Below the pieces are notes generated by a model. The model did not search any database. It was not told the origin of the DNA and worked only from the letters and a program-made list of their open reading frames with translations. A DNA stretch of 63,424 bases, filler included, from Kipferlia bialata (taxonomy: Eukaryota), in the NCBI GenBank assembly GCA_003568945.1. It is 4 parts of 4 records of this genome, joined end to end, with 100 filler letters (N's around TTAATTAATTAA, not from the genome) between each part and the next. Parts side by side here need not be neighbours in the genome. Positions count along the whole stretch, not along the records: positions 1 to 15,787 come from BDIP01000667.1; positions 15,888 to 31,667 come from BDIP01000668.1; 2 more parts are not named here. One strand, given 5' to 3'. Made by a program: the position numbers and the translations under genes. This document shows, piece by piece, positions 13,123 through 25,273 of this stretch (positions within the stretch are counted from its first letter, which is position 1; the number at the start of each line of letters is the position of its first letter).

Positions 13123-14490
13123 TCACTGCCATCCATATACCTCCAACCTCATGGATACGTACCCATACCAACTCAACACACGAACACGCAACCTATCGGC
13201 CACAACAGGCTCTGACAGAGTGTGTAGCACAACTGTGTTCATGTCTGTGTTGCCCACAAAGGACGCCATGCTCTCAACCACGGATACCCACTCATCCAGG
13301 GCTGGGTCGAAGTACTCGATAGCATATGTCTCTACATACTCGTTGAAAACAGTTGGTCTGCCTGCCGTGGATATTGCACCCACCAGTGTAGGGGTATCAT
13401 ACACTACCATAGCATACTGGTCGACACAGGCGCTTCCACTCAACCAGCACCCGACAACGGATAGACCTCTGTCTCTCAAGGTGTGACCATTGGCACAGTC
13501 GGCGTAGTTAGCCTCAGGGGAATATACGCTGGAGAACTTGACACTGGCTATGTCCTTCTCGACTGTCTCCCACACAGTCACCCCCGTGTAGTATGCCCTC
13601 ACTGCAGACAAGGCATCGTCAGCCGTAGTGTAGGTGGTCCTGGGAGTGAGTGGGCAGAGAATAACGGGGCGGGGGGTGGGGGGGGGGATTATTACCATTC
13701 ACTGCTTGTACCTTGTGTATATGGGGGTGTTCACAGTCACACCATCCATCAGTATAGCCTTGATGTCGCTGTAGCTGGCGTTTGGGTCTGCGTATACAGC
13801 AAGAGCAGTCACATCTGTGTCCAGGGTAGATACACTACTCTCTAGGGTAGCAACAGATGCAGAGAGGGATGTGATGTCACTGTCAGCAGCGGTGGAGGCC
13901 ACGTCAAGAGCAGAGACAGACGCAGAGACAGAGGCAAGAGAGGAGGTGTGAGCAGCGACAGTGGCGGTGACAGTGGTGACATCACTCTCTATGTCTGACA
14001 CATCACTCTCTATATCTGCTACACCACTCTCGAGTGAAGAGAGGTCAGCTGATACAGAGGCAAGTGAGGAGGTGTGGGCAGAGACCGTTGATGCTAGGCT
14101 GTCCATCTCTGTGTCCAGACTGTCCACAGACCCAGACACACTGTCCACATCCCCATCCAGCACTGTGATGGCGTCACTGTTAGTGTCCACCACGTCTGAC
14201 AGGGAGTTGAGCCGGGTCAGGAGCACGTACTCATCTGTCGACTTGCGGACGGCAAGGGAGATCAGCAGGGCCGCAACCACAGATCCCACAGACACTACCA
14301 CAGCCACCACTAGGGCGCATATGGACAGCCTCCTGGCAGCCTGTATGGCCTTCTGGGAGGCAGCTAGCTCCGACTTGAGCTCATCCCTCTCATCCTCATA
14401 GTGCATGTCGGGGGCCTCGGGAGGGTGCACCTCGTACACAGGCTGCTCCCAGGCGTTGTTGATCGCCACCATGTCCGGCAACACGCTCAT
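13123..14490 (-). CDS. Type II membrane protein: short N-terminal tail, TM helix, heptad coiled-coil stalk, C-terminal F5/8 type C (discoidin) domain
   Basis: Exons 14490-13712 and 13639-13123 flank a 72-nt GT-AG intron and stay in frame (ACA AG|G ACC). The TM is ICALVVAVVVSVGSVVAALLISLAV. The C-terminus FVGNTDMNTVVLHTLSEPVVADRLRVRVLSWYGYVSMRLEVYG matches the F5/8C signature. Confidence 0.85.
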
Positions 14491-15728
14491 TGTGTGGTTC
14501 GGGGACTACTGACACCCATAGAGAGGAGAATAGAAGAGGAAGATCTATGTCAAAGCGTGTAGGACTCTAAACCCTTAACCAAAAACTTGATTGACCAGTC
14601 ATTGGTCCCAATGCACCACTCTTTATGTACACATCAAGGACTTCTTGACTTCCATATCCAACGGTATAGGGGAGCTATACACGGTGTGAGGTGGGTGTTA
14701 GATGTCTTGTTGGATATCTGTCTTCGTCGACAGGAGTATCCATATTGTACTGTGTAGGTACGTGGTTCCTTCTGACTCCAGGTGGTTGATGGGACGGTTG
14801 TCTACCCTGATCCTTCACTCCTGTGGGCCCAGCACCAAGTGCAGATGTGACAAGAGGGTCACATAAGGAGTAGTTGTGTTTTTGGTTAAGGGTTTAGAGT
14901 TCTACACGCTTTGACATCCTGACCTACTTTCTCTTCTACACTCCTCTCTATCGGTGTCAGTAGTCTCCCCACCACACAATGAGCGTGTTTCCGGGCACAG
15001 TGGCAATCAACAAGGAGTGGGAACAGCCTGTGTACGAGGTCCCCCCTCCCGAGGCCCCCGATATGCACTATGAGGATGAGAGAGACGAACTCAAGTCGGA
15101 GCTAGCTGCCTCCCAGAAGGCCATTCAGGCGGCTAGGCGGCAGTCCATATGCACTCTAGTGGTGGCTGTGGTAGTGTCTGTGGGATCTGTGGTTGCGGCC
15201 CTGCTGATATCCCTTGCAGTCCGCAAGTCGACAGATGAGTACGTGCTCCTAACACGGCTCAACTCTCTGTCAGACGTGGTGGACACTCACACTGACGCCA
15301 TCACAGTGCTGGATGGGGATGTGGACATTGTGTCTGGGTCTGTAGACACCCTTACCTCCACAGTCTCTGCCCACACCTCCTCCCTTGCTTCTGTCTCTGC
15401 TGACCTCTCTTCACTCGAGAGTGATGTGTCAGACATAGAGGGTGATGTCACCGCTGTGACCGCCACTGTCGCTTCACACACCTCCTCTCTTGCCTCTGTC
15501 TCTGCCGAAGTATCTGCTCTTGACGTGGCCTCCACGGCTGCTGACAGTGACATCACATCCCTCTCTGCATCTGTCGCTACGCTAGAGAGTAGTGTATCTA
15601 CCCTGGACACAGATGTGACTGCCTTGGCTGTGTACTCAGACCCCAATGCCAGCTACAGCGACATAAAGGCCATACTGATGGAGGGGGTGACAGTGAACAC
15701 TCCCATGTACACCAGGTACCAGCAGTGA
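13699..15728. repeat. Inverted (head-to-head) duplication; arms include ~95 nt upstream of each ATG; ~290-nt unique spacer 14587-14878
   Basis: 14491-14586 (…gtaggactctaaacccttaaccaaaaac) is the approximate reverse complement of 14879-14978 (gtttttggttaagggtttagagttctac…). Confidence 0.9.
14979..15714 (+). CDS. Inverted paralog of the 13123-14490 gene; exon 1 only, rest lost at contig end
   Basis: Near-identical protein (MSVFPGTVAINKEWEQPVYEV...TPMYTR|gtacc) with the same donor position; the contig ends in the intron's poly-C. Confidence 0.85.
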
Positions 15729-15737
15729 ACGACACTC

Positions 15738-15787
<50 letters not shown>

Positions 15788-15887
15788 NNNNNNNNNNNNN
15801 NNNNNNNNNNNNNNNNNNNNNNNNNNNNNNNTTAATTAATTAANNNNNNNNNNNNNNNNNNNNNNNNNNNNNNNNNNNNNNNNNNNN
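15788..15887. other. Artificial contig linker
   Basis: N-run + TTAATTAATTAA (stops in all six frames) + N-run, 100 nt in total. Confidence 0.98.
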
Positions 15888-15938
<51 letters not shown>

Positions 15939-16225
15939 AATTTGGCATAATATCGGGGTAGATATTGCACATATCTTGCCCTTTATATATCCATTTTCAC
16001 TGTGTTGTCCCTCTGATTACCTCAGCTTAGATCTACTGCCTTGACACTTCCTGACCCTAGTACGGATGAGCACTTGGACGACATATCCCACTCTATAGGA
16101 GCAGGAGGACCTCATGATACAGTAGGGGATGGGGTAGCAATTGGTATGGAAATGAATCCAACAATTCTAAGTGAAACAGTATTATACCAGTGAAACATTA
16201 CTTTGCCAATTGTGTCATATGTATC

Positions 16226-19036
16226 ATGGCTCGTGATTTGTCAGAGTCCACCTCTCCCACCCCAGCACCTGCCAGACCCCACCTGACTCACACACTGGAC
16301 TCATTCTCCATCAAGTCAGGTGCCAAGGATGCCAAACCACCCTTAGCTCTGATACCACCCATTGACAGGTATGTGTATGAACACAAGTTAGAGTAAGTAT
16401 TGTAGACGCATTGTATATACTATACAATACCGATTGTGTTTTTGGCTATACCACCGGTTGAGAGGCATGGGCAAGCTGCCGTTGTGTGTAATTACTGTGT
16501 ATCTAGTCACACGTATATGACATATACATGTGATGTGTCTATGTGAGATGATCAATTAGCTCATGACTACTATGCCTTTGAGATGTGCTGTTGACGGAAC
16601 GATGGGGTCTCGTTGTATATCTCTGTATCCCCTCTCTCACCGTCAGTCATGCTATCTCTAATGTCATGGCCGAGCAGGTGCTGGCAGTGGTGCCAGGCAT
16701 GGCGCCCCTTGCCCTATCCTCTATGCCACAGATGGAGCCCCTTGCCCTATCCTCCAGGTCTGACTCAGTAACAGTATCAGTGTATATAGATATATATATG
16801 GATACTGATACTGATACTAGCTCTGATTCTATGTTGGGGTCAGTGATGGCATCGGTCATGGAGCAGGCTCAGATAGAGATAGAGCAGACACAGATCGAGA
16901 GAGATCATACACGGAGAGATGGGTCTGCAACTGACTCACAAGATAACCCTCACACACCTAGAGGTTAGTGATACATATGGGTATAATAATGGTTCAATCG
17001 TTGTGCCTCTGAAACACAATACTAATACTATTCTATTGCCCAGATTTCCAACGTCTAACCCTAGCTGAGAAGTCCAAGGAGAGACCTGTCCTTGACTTTC
17101 GGCCAGGTATATCTCAATGATATTGTGGAAGTACTGCAACTGTTCGATTGTCGACTTGTGAATTGTCTGTCTGCTAGAAATACTCCACCCTTAGCTACAC
17201 AGTATACCACGTCTCCCAATATTGCTATTAGAGGACAGACGTCTATATACACTCACAACCAAATGTATGAATTTACTAATATTTTACTAATGTAATACTA
17301 ATGTAGTACTAATGTAGTACTAATGTAGTACTAATGTAGTACTAATGTAACACTAATGTATAGATTACTATACTGACCCAGGGACTGAGAACTGGCACAT
17401 GGCGGGTATGTTCTGCGTCCTACTCACCATGGCCTACATGTGCTGCCAGATACTGTGCAACCCCTACACACTGTACCCGTGTGTGTGCAAGAACTCCCAC
17501 GGCTCTATCCTCTCCAGCAGTCATGAGGGTGTGTGCACAGGGACCGAGTACTCCGAGGAGAGCGCCACCTGTCACAACTTCGACCTCCTCAGCTCCAAGA
17601 CGGCCCTTGTTCTGTTCCCACTAACCTACTCCCTCACGCAGCTGAGGTTTGTGGGTAGACTAGGCCCCGTGCAGTACCGAGTGGCCATCGCCATGTGTCA
17701 CTACTACGTCGGCTTCTCTCTCATAGTGTGGCCCCTGCTTATCCCATCTGTTCATGAGTACCTGTCTGGCTTCTCTGTCATTGGATCCTTCACGCGTGTC
17801 TTCGCAGCACTGTTTGCCTCCACGCCAATGGGACCTGCCACTCTCTCCTGGTCATATGTCCTATGGGCCCTGATACCCGTGATCCTGCAGCTGACTGCGT
17901 CCATCCTGCTCAACAAGACACGCCTCATCACGACTGACCTACGCGCATCCAGGTACATCCTCAACCAGATCGTGCGGCCCAAGCTGAAGTCGATGCTGGT
18001 CGTGGACTTTGTAGGGGTGGACAATGCCAACGAAACCATGAACCAGGACGTGGTTGTGTGTGAGAGGATCCCCAGAACGCCAGGGGGCACTATCGGTACC
18101 GCACCACCTACACCGTCGCGTGGGATGCAGCGCTCCTCGTCTGCACCCCATCTGCTAGGCCTGCTAGACCCCGTGACATCACTCTTCAGTGTAAGGGGGG
18201 CACTGCCTGAGGGAGGCACTATGATGTCTGCTCCTGTCTCTCCTTCGGCTGCACTTGACCCACCCCCGCTGTCTCTGGAACCTACACTATCCACCCGCAG
18301 TGCATCCAGGCGGCTGCTTGAGCGTATTCCTCGCACCCCAGTCTCTCCTTGTGATGTGGACACACCGACCTATGCCCGAGAGAGAAGGTTCAATCTCACA
18401 CACCACACACTGTCTCTCGACCCTAAGCCAGTGGTGTTTGCAAGGTTCTCCTTCGATGACATACCCAACAAGACCAAACTGAGGGCAGAGGTGCAGCCCC
18501 CTCCATTCTCCAAGTACGTCTCATCACTGCACTACCTACATATACTATAGTTTCTCAATATGTCTCTATATAGTGTACCGTACTCTTTACAGTTGTTAAT
18601 GCCTCTTAGTATTACTCATTGCAGGGCAGCGACACACGCCTACTTCCGGTTCTGGCTGCGTAAGCACACCGACATCTTTCAGTTTGTCAGCACAGTTGGC
18701 AGCGTCTACCCTGAACTTAACAACGCCAGGGGACACATACAGACAAAGCAGGTTAGTAAAATGATATTTCTAATATCAGTACTGATGTTAGTGCTGTTAC
18801 TAATCATTCTACTATAATTGATACTATTATTGATATTGATACTGACAAGGCAGGTTAAGGGTAGGCACAATGTGTTTGTGTACTACACACCTGGGGTATT
18901 CGAGCCTGGAACGGAGATCAGGTCACTCGAGAGCCAGTGTATTAGCATCTGGCGCTACAGCGTGCCTGATAGAGATGGCAGTGGTAACAGGGAGTGCTCC
19001 ATCCTGGTGATGGATAGGACAGGACGTATGGTCTGA
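16226..19036 (+). CDS. Multi-TM Cys-rich protein, paralog A (intron-poor, 5 introns)
   Basis: The model splices in frame, with main exon 17382-18513 and introns 18514-18624 and 18752-18853. Motifs [36 protein letters not shown] and GRHNVF are shared with the gene at 25274-31285. Confidence 0.75.
17286..17360. repeat. 11-nt minisatellite (ACTAATGTAGT)n inside an intron
   Basis: About 7 tandem near-identical units are visible. Confidence 0.9.
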
Positions 19037-19327
19037 CATAGAATCTCCGCTGCTGGAGAAGGGAGAGATCTTCCTATATATGGACTATATAAATGATGCT
19101 GTTCGTCAATAGGCTGGTTGGTTGATTTACCATATAGTATATATTGGCCGAGTCTCTATGTATGTTTATGTGTTTGGTCAAGAACTTCTTGACTCAAGAA
19201 GTAGAGTACACATTTTGGTGATGCGTCTATACCCCACTGTTGACTCACTGAGTCACAGGCTGAGACCCTAGCTCCCATGCATACATCTATTGCGCTCCGT
19301 TGTCATGTGGTAGAGCCTATAGTGCAG

Positions 19328-22300
19328 TCACACAATGGCCAATGCCCCTACAGCGTTGGGAGTAAGTGCAGGTGGATTCATCACCTGCTCTGGGATGGCA
19401 TGTACATTGGCTTGGGGGGCATCAGTGAGGTTGGGTGCGGAGGAGGCACGACGCATAGCTGCATCCTTCTTGCACCTACGTAGTGACCTGACCATCAGAA
19501 AACAATATCGAAGTGGACTCACAAGAAGTTGTGTCAAAGTACCATAAAGCATGTCCTGATAGGGGAGATATACTGACATGACTAGTGACAATGATAACAC
19601 ATCACCTTGAGACAGTGGTTGCAACTAGCTCCAGAAGCGCTTGGAACCCGAACAGCGATAGTAACAGGAGCACGACATCTCCCATGAGGGACCAAGGGGC
19701 TAGGTTGTGGAAGGTGACCTGGGATACCTGTACCAGTTAGATACGGGAAGCACTCTTAGTTAGAGTCTCTAACCAGTCTAACCAGATGTGATTCCTCACC
19801 TGGCTGCTAACAGTATGCCTGATTGACACGGACAAGTCACTAGATTCATTGACACTGAGGTCATGACAAATAGTCCCTTCCCTGGAGTTACTAACTCCAG
19901 GAGTTTGGGACATGTATAGACTTGTGCAGTATAATATAATACATATTGCAGAAATACATGTACACGCAACACACCCAATTATTGACGAGCTAGTAGAAGC
20001 ATAGTACACACGCTCCGACTGGCATGCTCCAAACTGACCATCCTGTGTTGCTGGGTCCTGACACCATCCTATTGATAAGTACAATGGGCAACAGCATTAT
20101 CTTGTGGCCCAATATATAGAAACACATAGATACCTGGGACGTGCATGATGTGGCTCTCAACGTTGAAGTGCTGTCTGCCACAAAGCACACTGGCGGGTTG
20201 GGTCTGCTCGTAGCTCAGAGATTCTTGTTTTGTGATCGCTTGGCCTTGCGTGTGAGGACTATAGGAACTCTCATTGTGAAAATTGGGCTTGTGCATATGC
20301 AGTATACTTGCCTTGGAACAGGCCCTCACACAGCCCACCAAAGTATACGCCGCTGTTCTGGGAGCATACATGGGAAAACGGACGGGGTCCAGACTCGGAC
20401 CCTGACGCAACAACGAGGGGGATTGGAGCTACTGTATAAGACATGAGTCGTGCTTCATCCCAAAGCCCCTGAAGTGAGGAAGCGTATGAAGGTAGTGTAT
20501 CAATGCAATCTACAATGTCTAGCGTTAGAGGAAGTATATCGAAAGAATCTGCAATATCTTTGATCAATATAGCCTTCTCACCGACATTGTGTCTGGGTCC
20601 TGGCGACCGTTGTCGTCGAAGGTCACGGTGGTGAAGGGGTTGAGAGGAACATCACTAGTGGTGAGAGACAGATTCGTAAGAATACATGTTGTTGGGATCC
20701 GGGTGTAACAAATGTATGTGGCATTGATAGCTTCAAGGCAGCCGTATATATCGTGCTGTCGGTCACCCCTTACCCGAGTGCAGATCTTGCCGCAGCCATA
20801 ATGTCTGCAGCCTCCTCCTGCTGAGATGGGGTAAAGTGCGACGCCGGGAACGCTAGGCCGTCTAGCCAGCCAACTCCAACTGTCCAATAGCCAATGTCCT
20901 GAGAATTAGTATGTCGGGCGCATGATGTGAAGCGACCTTTCAAAACTGATAGTACACGCAATATTTACAGATAAGAACGTTACAAGACCCTGGATGCAAG
21001 TGTATACCTGGGTGCTCCCCTTGATCATTGGCTGTGGCTCGGCGTTGTCGGTTTGTAGGTACTCATTGAATGTACCAGGATACACATAAGTCCTGGTTGT
21101 TCAGTGTGAGATGAATACTTGGGGATCCAGCGTTTAGATGAATACAATAGACTTCGCTTAGTAAACATCAGGCAGTAGATAATAGAATTCACAATGTGTC
21201 ACATATACTATTCAACGAACCTCACGGCACTTGTTCCCGTGCCAAAGTTTGGGTATTGCTCACTTGGTGTCATTGAAACCTGAAGGTGGGAGGGAGACAT
21301 TGGTGACTGCCGTATCACATAGTGGAGTGACGAAAAGCACAATGTGTAGATATTGTAAGGCCGTTCCTCGAAGGTCATGTCGTCGAAGAAGCCAGGGTAG
21401 CCAAATGCCCAGGCAAGGGAGATGATACTGCACGTGAGTACATGTTCTTAGCAAAGGGATTACCAGTACCATGCATATATCCTACCTGATATGATGATAG
21501 TTCGATGCTTCGTCCTGGTAACAGCCATAACTGAGCAAGGGCTTGTAGATGGCTTCACTGTGGTAAGTTATGCTTTAGCTACATGGTACACACTACGAAG
21601 ATGTATTTCGACTCGATAGTCGAGGTTGTAATATGTCATTACTAATGACGCACTCTTCGTAGCCAGTGAGGTCCTCGAACATTGTGCTGCAGGGCTGGCC
21701 ACCTGGAGTGGGATAATACATCTGATTAGTTGTATATGCATATTTCTCTACAGAGAGGCGGTCGACGATGCCTCTTCCGACTACTATCAACTGGACTTGA
21801 CAATAGTGTCACACTATTATAGTGTGGTGCTCCCCACCTACAAATATGCAGTTGTCTGTCTGGATACCAAGGGATCCGGATGCCCTGATGTTATCATAAC
21901 ATTGTAATGTCAGCTATCTGTAAGACTCCCAGCTAGACCTGACTAAGTATATACTTACCGTAATTGTGCCGCTGTGGTAGGCAAGCTGGTACCGGGGATG
22001 ATGTTCTGCAGCAGACAGGTTCCAGCGCTTGTCGAGAACAATAGTCTGGGATATAGTGCATAAGAACTTTGGAGCCGATTTATGTATTGATTCCAAATGT
22101 ATTAGCAACTATTAGCAACTATTAGCAACTATTAGCAACAATATAGTGTATTGCTAGTAGTAGTACTACTAGTGCTAGCCTACTACACTATACGGTATCA
22201 CCTCAGCTTGTCCGTGTATGGCATTGCGAGGAAGGTCGGATCAGAAGGAACACACGTGGCCCCCCAGTCGTGACCTGAGAAGAGGCAGAGACATGTACTC

Positions 22301-24626
22301 TGTATATATATTATGTGACATGATATATAGTGACACTGACTGGAAAAGGTGTGATACCACATAGCTACCTGATGTGACGTCAACAACGTACAAGTTGTCT
22401 CTGTCAGAGATGGCGTAATCTGAGGCGTGAGGAGGGACTGAGGGAGAACCATCAATCATTTCACTGTATGAAGTGAGTCAATACATTTGATGGTTCAGAA
22501 CGAATATTTGATAATGTCGTATATATCCGTACTCAGGTAGGTCCTAGGACCGGACTCCAGAGAGCTGTATGGGATGGTCTGCACGTCCCTCTGACGAAGG
22601 TAGGGAGGCTGGTCAGCCGTCATCTCTGAGGTCAGACATCGCACCAGATACACTGAATATGTGTCTCGGAGCAAGGAACCTCTTTACTTAGAGTCCTGTG
22701 AGTGACAAAAGTCCACTATAACTACGCAATCACAAAACACTGGTACGCAATAGGGCACGGATAGCTCCCCAGAGCGGTGTCTCTTACTTAGAAGTCGAAA
22801 TATGATATTGAAGTAGATACATGTTACCTGAGAACAGGTCGTCAGGAAACTGGATTGGCGCATTGACGTCATGTAAGCATGCGTACAGTGTCCACACTAA
22901 CATGAAGGTACCCACAATGTAGAGCATCCCAGATACAAGACCACCTGAAGTGAAACGGGACAGATACCGTATATGTCACAGATGCAGAGGGTGTATCTAG
23001 GATTGGTTCTGGCATATGGATACCTACAACCGTCCCCCGATACTCGTTGTCTATGTACCCGTCTCCAGACTTACGACGACGGACGTCGACTTTCCCCAAA
23101 ACCTTGAGTAAGGTGAGTGAGCACTCCATATAATATAGATCATACTTAGTTGCAGACTATTTCCAAAGAACTAACACTATAGCTAACACATATATACATT
23201 ACCTTTGTGACGTTGGTCATCGACTTCTGGGATATGTCTAGGAACCGCAAGAAACGGCGCATGTTGCTGCGGGTGAGTACTAGGCCTCAGTTTTAATGGG
23301 ACTGTGAGTCAGTCCACTGGGTCACATCTGTATCCATCGGTATATCTCGAATATACATGTGCGTAGTAACAGTGACCATCTCTGTTTGACTACCTGCGAG
23401 TTCGTGTGTACTTAGGATAGTGGGAGGCGAACACCACTACTCCTGGGGAAATGAGAAGGAGACAAAGGTAGGTCAGTGCATCTGTTGAGACATGTGTTAG
23501 GTACATTTAGGGTGTGTCATATACCTACAAAGACCAGCAGGACCCCATACATTACCAAGGCAGAGTACACATTGGCTCTGCAGGTGAGAGTCGAGTGGAA
23601 TACGGTGGTTCTGACTGAGATACATGTATATATATGTGTATATAGTGAATTGTAATACTAATTGCACATATATATATATATTATATGTATAAGCATATAT
23701 ATATATAATATATATATGCATATATAATATGAATTATAATACTATTCACATCAGTAAATATACTATATATATAACATATATAGCACTGTAGTGAATCTAC
23801 CTGGATGAAGGGTCATACACTGTGTCCCCGAAGAAGGAGTGTATCCATGCCGAGGGATAGAGACCGGACATCACCACCTGTGGAGAGAGATAAATGACAG
23901 TATATCGGCTAATGAAAGAGAAATACTTGTCCACATGTCTTAGAGCTGCCAGAGTTAGGGCTAAAGTATGACTGTCACAGTGACAGTGTCACTAAAGGAG
24001 TGGAGAAGGTCACATAGACCCCCAGAGACACTGAATGACATTCAAATGCATTGCTTGATTTGTACCTGAAGGGCTCGGGTGCTGGTTGTGAAGGAGCGCT
24101 CCTGGTCGACGCCAGTGGGAGATAGATAGCTGAGGGGGAATGCCCCGTAGAGGTCGGGTCGAGAGGCTGGACAGACTATGTGAGAATATACTGGTACTGA
24201 TAATACAGTCTCCACGGTTGATATCTAAATATCTGACACCATACTAGATTTTGCACCATTGGCGCGTACATGAGTATATATAGTATAGAGTATGTACAAG
24301 GACACATAGAAAGTACAGGGCCTATACTATAGGCCCACCTAGTGACTCTGTGTCGATGAAGTCAGGGGTGTCGAAACATGACGCGAATGCTGTACCGTCT
24401 CCCCATATCTGGCGTCAGTGTTCAAAGAAGTCTCCCAGAGCAGTGGTGTGGTGTCACTGACCTCATCGTGTATAGGAGGAGATGACAATGTCCTGTCTGT
24501 TGACTGAGAGCACCCAAATGCGGGAGTCAGTGTGCTCTCTCCGCAAGTGTCAGAGTCCTTTGGGGGAGTGCTTCCCATTGCCAGACTAAGCCCCACAAGC
24601 AGGAACAGCCACCATCCATCTTGCAT
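19328..24626 (-). CDS. Large multi-exon hypothetical protein, possibly secreted or membrane-bound (model incomplete)
   Basis: A chain of minus-strand exons with GT/AG ends, e.g. NMRRFLRFLDISQKSMTNVTK|VLGKVDVRRRKSG.... It has a signal-peptide-like MQDGWWLFLLVGLSLA and a last exon ending ...GALAIV*. Confidence 0.45.
22100..22139. repeat. 10-nt tandem repeat (ATTAGCAACT)x4
   Basis: Seen directly in the sequence. Confidence 0.9.
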
Positions 24627-25273
24627 TCTGAGCGTGTAGAGAGGGGTGTCCAACATACCTGTACCCATACTCATAGGGGTCAGCAGCACTGACTCTACAA
24701 ATGTGATCAAGGTCAACAGTTCAACAGTGACACATGACAGTGAACATCTGTCTTTACAGTGATGTCAACAGTGAAACATAGGAGGTAGATGACTAGTGAA
24801 TTCCAGAAGGTTTGGTCCAAACCTAGAACCTAGCCCCTTCATTCAAACACTACTTTGTGTCTGAAGCGCCAAACGCACCTGTCCTCTGGCATCTCATAGG
24901 ATACTGGATAGGTACACTATCATCTGTAAGAGAGAGAGATAAGGGGGGGGGGGGGGGGTTACTCTGTATACTCTCTGTCTGTGTCATGACCCTGAGCAAT
25001 CATTGTCTTTCAGTTTACCTTGTCTTACTATTAACTGCTTATGTACGCAGAGTATGATACTATCAGTGCTAGGACCGACGAGTGCTCTAGGTGTCCTAGT
25101 AGTGAGTCACTACTAGTGAGACTCATCAATTTCTATATAGTATTGTAGTGAGACTTACCAAGTGAGATATGCCCAGAGCATTGTATGTGGTATATATGTA
25201 GTATATGTAATATGTAGTATATATAAGCTTAGTATATACTATCAGAGCTAGGACCAAGTGTTCTTCTTACACA

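Noticed and set aside
14491..14978. Inverted repeats around a 290-nt spacer as a possible MITE
   Set aside because: The arms continue seamlessly into the duplicated genes; no target-site duplication or transposase seen.
13961..15646. Antisense ORFs 13961-14401 and 15287-15646
   Set aside because: Shadows of the Ser/Val/Asp-rich coiled-coil coding strand.
15739..15936. Long poly-C and poly-G runs at contig ends
   Set aside because: Intronic homopolymers where the assembly breaks; lengths are unreliable and they are not telomeres.
17752..18363. 203-aa minus-strand ORF
   Set aside because: Antisense shadow of paralog A's long exon.
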